Shown here: positions 42,031-53,400 of the stretch, piece by piece | Numbering within the stretch: the stretch's first letter is position 1 | How the letters are laid out: each line of letters begins with the position of its first letter | Source of the DNA: Macrostomum lignano | Taxonomy: Eukaryota | Assembly: GCA_002269645.1 (NCBI GenBank) | Contig: NIVC01001710.1 | Span: forward strand, 62,001-126,000 | Reading direction: 5' to 3' | DNA: 64,000 bases | The notes under the pieces: generated by a model | The model's input: only the letters and a program-made list of their open reading frames with translations | Told to the model about the DNA's origin: nothing | Database searches by the model: none | Made by a program: the position numbers and the translations under genes

Positions 42031-44224
42031 TCTCTACAACATGCTAATAAAAGGCTTGTCAAAGAACTTAAGCCAAGGACCTCAACAAAAATTAAAAAAG
42101 AAACAAAGGAGAAATGTAGATACTAGATAGGGGTAGGCCTAGGCCTAAGCCTGCTGAATATGAGTATAAATAGGCCTATGGAACCTAAAAAGAATAAATT
42201 TCTTAGGTGTAAAAACTATGTCAATTAGGCCTATGATGTCCTAGGCCTATATAATATATCAACTCTTTGACAAGGTCTAGTCTAGAGACTAGGGCCTAGT
42301 TTAGGGCCTAGGTCTCTTGTAAAATTTTAAGTTTGAATTTTTTTATTTGTTAGGCCTTGCTAAGTTTAGCTAGGGCCTAGCTATTAGCTAGAACTTAATA
42401 AGTCATTTTGACAAGGCCCAACTCAGTTGTGAAATATACCATGGTTAGTAACAATCCACTTCAGACTTCAGTAACAGCCATTTTGGTAATAGAAATCAGG
42501 TAGAGTTGCTTGCTTTGCAAATAATAAGAATAAAAATTAAAAAACCAACTATCAACATTTGTGAGTCTATGTGTGAGTGTGAGTGTGTTGATATTTTTGA
42601 TAGTTGGTTTTCTATTTTAGTAGTAGCTATTTCTTTTCTTTAGGTCTTTAAAGTTAAAGTCTTAAAGAAAATTAAAGTCTTTTCTTAACTTTTTATTATT
42701 ATAAGCCCTAATTTGACTTCTGGACTTTTGATTGCCAAACTTTTGATTGCTAGCAACTTGACTTCTTGCAATTTGATTTCTAATGGCTTTTGACTACTAG
42801 GTCTAGAATTTTGACTGCTATTATTTCAACTACCAACAAATTTTGATTACTTAGACTTGACTATTAGCAAATTTTGATTGGCAAGTCTTATTAACTAAGT
42901 CTAAATTATTTTGATTGCTTTTGAACATACATGCGCAACTGCTGGCCGACCTGGCTGATCTGGCCACTGTAAATTGTGGTGAGTTGCAAAAATGCCCAGC
43001 CTAAAGAATATAGATGTAGTACTAATTAGATGATGAGGCATTTAGCCCTTAAAAGACAGTCATAGTTACTCTTGCCATTTACCCATAATTGCGTTAGGGT
43101 TTCTTTTATAGGTAAGTCGCATTTTTGGTCAAAAAGTAAGTCGCATGGCTAGTATAAATCAGGGGAGTTGCGCATGTATGCTTTTGAATAGAAGTGCCAA
43201 GTCATTCTATAGGCTTATATATACTGTAAGTCATAGAATTCTATTCAACAGCTAAAGCATGATCATTCATATTGTACCAAGTAGGCCTAGAAAGGATAAA
43301 ATATAAGTAAGATTTTATAAATCATTGGTTAATAGATTATTCTTTTGCACTACAATAGTATATATATATAGATAGCTTCTATTATTACAAAAAATACTCA
43401 TAAAGATCATGAACCTCTTTAGTAGTTAGTTAATTATATAGGTTTCTATAAGAGAAAAGCAAGAGGTTATATAGGCCTAGTAGTAGTAGAAATGACTAAA
43501 AAGTTGGTATTATTAATTATTTACAAAACTTGCTAGCCAAAGTTGCTAGCCAAAGTTTGTCATCTAGGATGACAAACCTTAAGTTCTTTGCCTTAATAGT
43601 GCTTATAGAATGGTCCTATCCTAGGCTTAAAATATATATATATTCAAATTCACTTGTTTTTTTAAGGAAGATATTGTATATATATATGCAATATCTAAAA
43701 TCACTTTGTTATGCAACTTAGTTTGATAGAAAATAGGATTTTGTTTGCTCTTTTTGAAACTTTGTTTTTATTTGGTTTTTGCTTGTTTTTTATTTTGCAT
43801 TTTTTGCTTTGCTGTGCTACTTATATACTTTCCTTTCCTTTTCATTTTTAGCTATCAATTTAGTGACTTACCATTTGGCTATCAAAAATTATACAAACTG
43901 GATTTGCTTGGTTAGCTAGCAATTGTGCATCATGCCAAATGACATTATATTGGGTCAGTGACAATGCAAAAAATTAGGCATCCATAAAGAGTCCAGCAGA
44001 TTTTGATTGCTATGGGTATACTATTGCTATTGCAATTTATGAAAAATTTTATTTCATAAGTTATAAACATAATACTTAACAAAAGTTTCAGTTCTGATAC
44101 AGTCTGATCCCAAAATTTGATTGCATGCAACTTCCACATGAGATACTCTTTGTTTTGAAGCCTAGGATAATATGTATTTTTAGACCTCTCTGTTGCAATG
44201 TTTCAGAGCAGCTCAACTACTCAA

Positions 44225-45073
44225 ATGTCTGAGCAGCAGCAGTTGCCACCTCCGCCAAGCGGTGGCGAATCTGACAAAGCCTTCCTGACTCGCCACGGAG
44301 TTCCAGGCCTGGTTAAGGAGGCCCTCGGCCGGTTAGGCGCCCAACAGCCAGCCGACCCATTGGCTTACCTTGCCGAATTCTTTGCCAGCACGGAGGGCCG
44401 GCCAGCCGACTTGGAGCAGGCCAAGAATAGCCTGACCCAGGCCAACTGGCAGAGTCCCGGCTTTCTGTTCTCAGTTAAAGAGGCTTTCGATTGTTTGCGC
44501 CAAATGCAATGCGACGAATGCAGACAATACGCCGTATGCGGCTTGCACTTTACTCAGCTGATGGAACTGCTGCTGCGTGACGCTCCGCCTGGCGGCTCCG
44601 GTGTGCTGCTTCAACGGCTGCGCCTTCGACCGCAGGCGGCTGTACAATTTGGCAGATTCTATTCGGCTGTGATGTCCGTGCTGGCTTTCAAAGCTTACAT
44701 GGCCGATTGTGTAGCTCTGTACGCCGATGCCGAAGTTGTGGCCGGCTGCTTGAAGCCCGGCAGTAATAATCGGGCAGCTTGCGCCTGCCTGCTGCAGCTG
44801 CTGGATGCCGCCATCGCACCCGACGAGATTGGCGGCGGCGCTAGTTTGTTCGATCGAATGGACAGTCTGTCGCCGTATTCGCTGAGGGAAGCCTTGGCTA
44901 ATGCTAAGCCGCCGGCGCCAGCGGCGAATTCTTCTTCTAGAAGCACTGGCGGTCGGTCGGCATTGGCTTCGTCTAGGCAGCAACAGTTAGCGGCGCTGCA
45001 GAGTCCGATGCCTTTGGCCGACTTTTTGACCGAAGCGGCCGGGGTGTTTGTTAAACGGCTACTGTTAAATTAA
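44225..45073 (+). CDS. TPGS1: Tubulin polyglutamylase complex subunit 1
   Basis: RIIa/Dpy-30-like start (AFLTRHGVPGLVKEALGRLGAQQPADPLAYLAEFF), then SVKEAFDCL, GLHFTQLMELLLRD, AVQFGRFYSAV and C-terminal PMPLADFLTEAAGVFVKRL follow the TPGS1 layout. The ATG at 44198 lies inside a likely acceptor (…aatgtttcag|), so 44225 is the preferred start. Confidence 0.85.
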   Translation: MSEQQQLPPPPSGGESDKAFLTRHGVPGLVKEALGRLGAQQPADPLAYLAEFFASTEGRPADLEQAKNSLTQANWQSPGFLFSVKEAFDCLRQMQCDECRQYAVCGLHFTQLMELLLRDAPPGGSGVLLQRLRLRPQAAVQFGRFYSAVMSVLAFKAYMADCVALYADAEVVAGCLKPGSNNRAACACLLQLLDAAIAPDEIGGGASLFDRMDSLSPYSLREALANAKPPAPAANSSSRSTGGRSALASSRQQQLAALQSPMPLADFLTEAAGVFVKRLLLN

Positions 45074-45137
45074 CTGCGATCGCTGCCAGCTCAGGATCCT
45101 TTCGTAGAAAGTTGAAATCCTGTAGAATAACAATAGG

Positions 45138-45903
45138 TTGGGCCATAGACAAAACCCGGACTGAGGGCATATATCAACGAGTAAGTAGGTCGTCTTCTAT
45201 AGTGCCAATCAAGGACACTACTGAAAAACTCGGGAGGCAGAACTTAAACTTAGTAGAAACTTTTTAAGGCCCGCCTGAAAGAGTTCTCTATGGTAAAAAG
45301 TCTCTATGAGCAAATACATATATATACCAAGGACAACTTAATCACTCGAGACCAGGCGCGTCGCCACCGAGGGGGGACAGCCCCAGAAAAAGCAACCCCA
45401 GTAAAAGCTATGGGGGACATGCCAGCTTTGTCCCCCATCCCATTTTGTGACCCGTTGTTGTAATCAATAATTTTTCTTCAGGGCGCTGAAATATAGCGCC
45501 AAAATGAGTGCCTGCGGCGCCAAAATAAGCGCTGACAACACGATTCTCAAGGTAATGGAAATGTAGGAATCTGGTCATGTACATGTACATGTTGAATTCT
45601 TGGCTTTGTCCCCCCCTCCATCGTCAAATCCATGGCGACGCCCCTGCTCAAGACGGTAAACTCGACTGATGCATACACTTTCCAACAAGCAACGCGACTT
45701 CAAACGTTGCAATTCAAATCTTCAAATCTAGTAGAGGCTTTTTACCATAGACAATACTTTGAGGCGGGCCTTGAAAAAAATCTACCAAGTGTAAGTTGTG
45801 CGTCCTGAGTTTTTCAGTAGTCCTTGGTGCCAATAAGGACGAAATGTTATAAGCCGACTTTCTTGTGTCTTAGTCGAAAATTTGCGAGTTGTCTATGGCC
45901 CAA
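45138..45903. mobile_element. Foldback/MITE with long imperfect inverted arms (host of a nested MITE)
   Basis: 15-bp TIR ttgggccatagacaa / ttgtctatggcccaa. Inner arms (ctactgaaaaactc…aaggcccgcct…ctatggtaaaaag.ctcta, about 45218-45306) match the reverse complement of about 45732-45820. Confidence 0.8.
45353..45646. mobile_element. 294-bp hAT-like MITE nested in the foldback element
   Basis: TIRs CAGGCGCGTCGCCA / TGGCGACGCCCCTG (13/14 match). 8-bp target-site duplication ctcgagac (45345-45352) / ctcaagac (45647-45654). Confidence 0.85.
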
Positions 45904-46556
45904 ACTAATCTCAATTCTGTAGGATTTAAAGTTTGGATGCAAGCGTGAAGTCCTCTCGATGGCTTCGCGCTGAGTCAATGCTGTTTCGGCCATAGCCATT
46001 CTCAGTTGGTCTATAATTGAAACAGAAAGTCTTTGTGGCTAGCAGGTAACAATGTATCTATGCCCTTTGGCTACAATTCCGTCCTATGTTTTCTTCTGCT
46101 ATTCGCAATTTTTGCTTGCAATGGTTTCTGCGAAACTACAGTCTGAACTTTACTGTGATGCTGCTATTTTTTTCACAATTGTCCTAATTTGTCTGTCGGG
46201 CTGTGCTATTAAAATACGAAATTACAAAATGACTTAAGAATTTTTTTACACTACATTGCTTATATTTTAAATTGTATTGATTTTTCTGTCTTTCTAGACT
46301 TTCGTACTATAGTTTTGTTAGGAAAAATAGTTCTAACCTACTTGTGAATTTGAGCATTAGAATTTTTAAGATTAAAGTATTGAATTTCTGCAGATTTTCA
46401 TTATTTAGAGAGACTGCAGTCTAAACTAGAAAGCAGTACTATAGGCACAGTTTTTCTATGAAGTACTTTGATCTCTGTTGACAGTCAATGTAATTTGACT
46501 GTGTAGCCGTACTTTTCTTACGAGGGCTGAGACTGCCCTAAAAATAAACTACAATA

Positions 46557-47155
46557 TGCCAAAAGAATCCACTACAAACTGCCATCAGAATCCACTACAA
46601 ACTGCCACCAGAATCCACTACAAACTGCCATAAGAATCCAAGACAAACTGCCATAAGAATCCACTACAAACTGCCATCAGAATCCACTACAAACTACCAT
46701 CAGAATCCACTACAAACTGCCATCAGAATCCACTACAAACTGCCATAAGAATCCAAGACAAACTGCCATAAGAATCCAAGACAAACTGCCATAAGAATCC
46801 AAGACAAACTGCCATAAGAATCCACTACAAACTGCCATCAGAATCCACTACAAACTACCATCAGAATCCACTACAAACTGCCATCAGAATCCACTACAAA
46901 CTGCCATAAGAATCCAAGACAAACTGCCATAAGAATCCAAGACGAACTGCCATAAGAATCCAAGACAAACTGCCATAAGAATCCACTACAAACTGCCATC
47001 AGAATCCACTACAAACTACCATCAGAATCCACTACAAACTGCCATAAGAATCCAAGACAAACTGCCATAAGAATCCAAGACAAACTGCCATAAGAATCCT
47101 TTATAAACTGCCATAAGAATCCACTACACTACAAACTGCCATAAGAATCCTTTAC
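46557..47155. repeat. 23-bp minisatellite with two alternating variants
   Basis: aaactgccatcagaatccactac / aaactgccataagaatccaagac. Confidence 0.95.
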
Positions 47156-47443
47156 TTCCATAAGTATCCACCGCAACGGCGCAACCTGTCAAAAGAACAC
47201 AATGCAGATTGCCGTAAAAGTGTATGAAAAATTAACTACAGGATTCCATCAGAAAGTAAGATAGGGAATCGTAAAATATCAGAAATCTTGTAGAGAAAAT
47301 TATAAAATTCGAGAGAAAATTTGTACTGTTCTACTACTCAGTAGGCTATAAGCATTTTTACTATCCTTTGGCTGACATGTAAAGCAATGGCATCAATTGA
47401 ATTCGATAATATTGATGGCTTGTGAACCACTGGGCCCGCTGAG

Positions 47444-50400
47444 ATGAGCGTTGTCAGCGGCCCTCAGCAGCAGCAGCAGCGGCCTCATCCGCAAGGAGGC
47501 CAGCCGAGCCAATCGGCAACTCCAACGCCATCGTCAGTCCCTGATGACAGTATCGAGTCCTGCCTGTCCAGTCTGTGCGCCAAAGATGGCGCCAAAGTGT
47601 CCGGCCTGCGCCAGTCAGTGGACAAGGCGCTGGCTATGCTCAGCAGTTCAGCTGATCGAAGCCAGTCCTCGGTGCCAGCTCACGAGCTCAGGTCGGCCTG
47701 TCTCGAGCCGCTGCAGCTGGCGCTGGAGTCCGGCAACCGGTCGTTGGCTTCGGCCGCGCTGCGCGGTATTCGACGCCTGGTGCACGACGCCCGGTTCAGC
47801 GACGCAATGGAGTCCGAGCGGGAGCGCGACTGGGCCCCAATGCAGGTGCTGGACGCCGTGTGGGCCACGCACTCTCTGCCTGATGACCTGCAGGTGGGTT
47901 GGTGTGAACAGAGTGGATTATAGAACTAGTAGATTTTCGGATTAGTGGATTATAGGATTAGTGGATTTTCGGATTAGTGGATTATAGGATTAGTGGAGTA
48001 TAGGATTATTGTATTATATAATTAGTGGATTATAGGATTAATGTATTATAGGATTAGTGGATTATAGAATTAGTGGATTATAGGATTAATGTATTATAGG
48101 ATTAGTGGATTAGTGGATTATAGAATTAGTGGAGTATAGGATTAATGTATTATAGGATTAGTGGATTTTCGAATTAGTGGATTTTCGGATTAGTGGATTA
48201 TATGATTAGTGGAGTATAGGACTATTGTGTTATAGGATTAGTGAATTATAGAAGTAGTGGATTATAAGATTAGTGAATCAAGAAGTAGTGGATTGTAGTA
48301 CTATTGGGAATCGTTGGTATAATAATGAATTATAGGACTGGTATATAAATTATGGAATACATTTACACCCGTCAACAGATTGAGGTGATGCGGCTGTTAC
48401 TGGACATGGTTTGCACCTGCTGCTGGGTCTGGCATGGCAAGGTTGTCAATCGCGTACTGGAGGTGAGCTGCAGATAAGCGCTTGCTAGAATGTTACTTAG
48501 ATAATCTGTTTTAGTTGTTGTGTGACACGCTTCTCTATACTTCAAAATGTTTATTTGTTCTGTTGTGACGAAATACAATAAAAATGCTTATCAGCTGTTC
48601 TTAAAGTACCTATTTCATTTCACGTTATTATTGATCTAAAATACTTGTTTCGAATTGTTTGGATTCGAAGCCACAAATTTATTAACACCATGAATAAGGG
48701 CAGGTGTCCGGCTTTTTAATTGCTTAAGTGGCTGTCAGCTTCACCTCCCAGCGATGTTTCACGACTCCAGAGTGACCGCCACCTCCCCGCAATGCTTCAA
48801 GACTCCAGAGTGACCGCCACCTCCACGCAATGCTTCAAGACTCGGGAGTGACCGCCAGCCCCACCTTCCCGCAATGCTTCAAGACTGGGGAGTGACCACC
48901 AGCCCCACCTTCCCGCAATGCTTCAAGACTCGGGAGTGACCGCCAGCCCCACCTTCCCGCAATGCTTCAAGACTCGGGAGTGACCGCCAGCCCCACCTTC
49001 CCGCAATGCTTCAAGACTGGGGAGTGACCACCAGCCCCACCTTCCCGCAATGCTTCAAGACTGGGGAGTGACCACCAGCCCCACCTCCCCGCAATGCTTC
49101 AAGACTCCAGAGTGACCGCCAGCCCCACCTCCCCGCAATGCTTCAAGACTCGGGAGTGACCGCCAGCCCCATATTACATCATGTATTTCAGCCTAGCTGT
49201 CTATCCGTATTTTATAATACACAACAGTAAGCCTGTATTCGCGCCAACCACCAGCTATGCGTGTCAGTGTACGCAGCCTCTCGCAATAGGCTCAAAGACG
49301 CAATCAGTTCGGTGATTGTCCCGCTAGCTGACAAAGCCTCTCGGGCCATGTCAGCTGGAGCTGGCGGACAATCGGAATCGGTGCAGTCGCAGGTTTGAAA
49401 TTTTATTTGCCGTAACTTTCGCGTTATTTAATATGGTTTTATTTAACGCCAATTGCGGTGGTAACTTGTTTGTTACACCAATTTAACTATCTGATTGTAT
49501 GCAATATTTTAGCTTTTTTAATTAACCTATCTTGCTCGTGACTTTATTGATTTTAACAAAACTGAATAATATGGCTAATGTTGGTACTCGTATACTCAAA
49601 CTTTTAACCTTATTGTAACAGATATGGATACAGAGACGCAAAAAAAAGGGAAAGGAGGCAAGGGGCTACAATCAGAGGAGAGGAGGGAAGGGAGAAGAGA
49701 GGGGAATAGAAGAGGGGAAGGAGAGGAGTAGGGAAGGAGAGGAGAGAAGAAGGAGAGGAGAGGGGAAGGAGAGGAGAGAGGAAGGAGAGGAGAGGGGAAG
49801 GTGAGGAGAGGAGAGGGGAAGGTGAGGAGATGAGAGGGGAAGGTGAGGAGAGGAGAGGGGAAGGTGAGGAGAGGAGAGGGGAAGGTGAGGAGAGGAGAGG
49901 GGAAGGAGAGGAGAGGGGAAGGTGAGGAGAGGAGAGGGGAAGGTGAGGAGAGGAGAGGGGAAGGTGAGGAGAGGAGAGGGGAAGGAGAGGAGAGGGGAAG
50001 GTGAGGAGAGGAGAGGGGAAGGTGAGGAGAGGAGAGGGGAAGGTGAGGAGAGGAGAGGGAAGGTGAGGAGAGGAGAGGGGAAGGAGAGGAGAGGAGAGGG
50101 GAAGGTGAGGAGAGGAGAGGGAAGGTGAGGGAAAGGAGAGGAGAGGGAAGGAGAGGGAAAGGAGAGGAGAGGGGAAGGTGAGGAGAGGAGAGGGGAAGGT
50201 GAGGAGAGGAGAGGGGAAGGTGAGGAGAGGAGAGAGGAAGGAGAGGAGAGAGAGGGGAAGGAGAGGGAAGGAGAGGGAAAGGAGAGGAGAGACAGAGAGA
50301 AAGAGAGGACAGCAGGGAGGGAGAAGAGAGGTGAGGAATAGACTGGGAAGTAGGGAAGGAGAGGAGAGAGGGAAGAATAAGTTTAATAACTTAGAGTGAG

Positions 50401-53400
50401 AAGATGAAGGAGAGCTGTAGGAATGTTGGAGATTGAAATGCCAGCAATAAGAAACTCAATCAGCTTGCCACCCAGGGCGTGTTTCACAGAGCATTGTGAA
50501 ACATTTCTTGGGTGCAGTAGTTGTTGATTGCTTTAAAAATTGAATGCTATTCAATACGTTTTTTTAATGCGGTATAAGGTTTCTAATTTTGCTTGCAGTA
50601 CACATGAAGGGAAAAGGGAAATATTGCCTGGTGAAAAGCTGCTCTCTGCGATCAATCAGCTTCTTATGTCTAAATGCTCACTTTTTGATTTATTAAAATA
50701 CTTAAGGAGAGCTAGAGGAGACTGAAGGAGAGCTAGAAGAGAGACAGGATACTGAAAGAGAGCTATAGGATACTGAAGGATTGACAGAGGATACTGAAGG
50801 AGAGCTAGAAGATGCTAAAGGAGAGACAGGATAAGAGACAGAGAGCTGGATACTGAAATAGAGACAGAGGATACTGAAGGAGAGCTAGAGGATACTGAAG
50901 GAGAGACAGAGGATACTGAAGGAGAGACAGGATACTGAAGGAGAGACAGAGGATACTGAAGGAGAGCTAGAAGATGCTAAAGGAGAGACAGAGGATACTG
51001 AAGGAGAGACAGAGGATACTGAAGGAGAGCTAGAAGATGCTAAAGGAGAGACAGGATAACTGAAGGAGAGCTGGATACTGAAATAGAGACAGAGGATACT
51101 GAAGTAGAGACAGAGGATACTGAAGGAGAGACAGAGGATACTGAAGGAGAGCTAGAGGATACTGAAGGAGAGCTAGAGGATACTGAAGGAGAGACAGGAT
51201 ACTGAAGGAGAGACAGAGGATACTGAAGGAGAGACAGGATACTGAAGGAGAGACAGAGGATACTGAAGGAGAGCTAGAAGATGCTAAAGGAGAGACAGAG
51301 GATACTGAAGGAGAGACAGAGAATACTGAAGGAGAGATAGAAGATGCTAAAGGAGAGACAGGATAACTGAAGGAGAGCTGGATACTGAAATAGAGCTAGA
51401 AGATACTGAAGCAGAGCTGAAGGATACTGAAGGAGAGCTAGAGGAGACCGAAGGAGAGCTGGATACTGAAATAGAGCTAGAAGATACTGAAGGAGAGCTG
51501 AAGGAGAGCTAGAGGAGACCGAAGGAGAGCTGATACTGAAATAGAGCTAGAAGATACTGAAGGAGATCTAGAAGATGCTAGAGGAGAGACCACAGGAGAC
51601 TGAATGATCTGAATGATTTCAATGCGAAGACAATTGAATAGCAGCAAGGGGTGAAGAAGGAAGAGTGGAACAAAAGGTTCCTATAAAGCTTATAAAGGTA
51701 TTCCCTGTTTCCCCATGGCAGGCATGCGTTGACGCATTCTCCCTATCTGGCGCGGATTCGGCAGTGAAGATGGCCGCCAAGGCCACCCTGACCCAGCTGT
51801 TGCGCGGCTACATCGAACGCTGCGGTGGAATTGACGACAATGCCGCCGATACAGCTGACAACAATGGCGCCGAAGTGTCCGCCTCCAGCGAAGAATGGGA
51901 GAGTGGCGCGATGGATCTGCTGACTCACCTGGTTGATCGGATCGAATCCGCAGCGACATCGAACCGGGCCTCCCTGCCCATCCTGCTAGACGGCCTCGGC
52001 AGCGCCTTAGCCCGCCTGCCCGCCCGTGTTGGCGCCAATTCTGTTGCATTTTCCGAGCTGCTCTGGCGCCGACTGTGTCCCTGCCTTGTAAGCCTGCTAG
52101 CCAATCAGCGCTGCGAACGGCCCGGCGGCGGCAGCGGCAGCGGCGGAGGCGGCTCACCAACACTCGGCCGCGGCTCCGGCGTGTCCAGCGGTGCGCCGGA
52201 GCTGCCTGAGGGAGCCGCGAGGGCCTGCTACGAGCTGGCCGTCCGCTGCCTCTGGTTGGTTGGCGCCCGGGCCCCGCTGCACACGCCGATGCAGGCCCTG
52301 TTCAACCGGATGCTGCTGTACCCGCCAGTGCAGATGCGAGCCCCGGCACTGCGGGCGATTCGGCCGCTGCTGCAGAGCCCGGCCGGCCTGCTCCGATTGG
52401 CCGGGCCCAAGCTCGACCCGGACACTGGCCGGCCTTTGGATGCTAGAAGCAATCTGGGCCTGCTGCGCATCGTTGTTGACTGCATTGTTGAGGTGGGCTG
52501 GCATTGGCTTGATAATAATAATAATATTTTATTACACCTGTCATAATGAGCAGATGTGCAACAGCTCAGCCTAGCTGAAGGCTGCGTACGGCTGTTCAGT
52601 CCAAGGACTGGGGGGTCGCCACACACCCTCAATTACCCCAGCTAATGCTGGCACCCATTTTACAGCTGGGTGAACTGAAGCAATGCAGAGTTAAGTGTCT
52701 TGCTCAAGGATACATTGTTCCGAGTGGATTGGGAATCGAACCCCCGACCTTTCAGTCGTGAGTCCGACGCTCTTACCAATAGGCTACAACTGCAGCCTAG
52801 GCTTGAGAAACTGACTGGCTCACTATGGCGCCCCCAGAACTGATTGTGGCGCCCCCCCCCACTAGCACTGACTGTGGCGCCCCCTAGCACTGATTGTGGC
52901 GCCCCCTAGCACTGATTGTGGCGCCCCCTAGCACTGATTGTGGCGCCCTCCCACTCCCACTAGCACTGATTTCGATGCCTCTAGCAATCTCTCAGATCCA
53001 TCTGACAGTCAGTTGAGCTGCTTGCCTGTTTCGCTGATCTCTGAGCACACACACACACGGACTCGCTCAGGGTGTTACAGCGGCCCTGCACTTCTCATCG
53101 GCTAGCACATTAAGTGATCAATACTTTGATTATCTGAACATTTTCCGAACAGGTGTCCCGCAGCTCGGACAGCGGCCTGCGCTACCTATCCGTAGACCTG
53201 ATGCACACCCTGCTCACCACAATTGAGCAGCTGGCCGGCTGCGCCAAGACCGATCTAGCCGAGCTAGCCGATCCCGCCGTCATCGCCGAGGCCTTCTTTG
53301 ACGCATCCGCCGCCGCCGCGGCTGCTTCATCTGCCGCTGTCTGTCAGGACGGCGACAGCTCGACTGGTGACGCCTCGTCCGAGTTTGCCGCTACCAGCAG

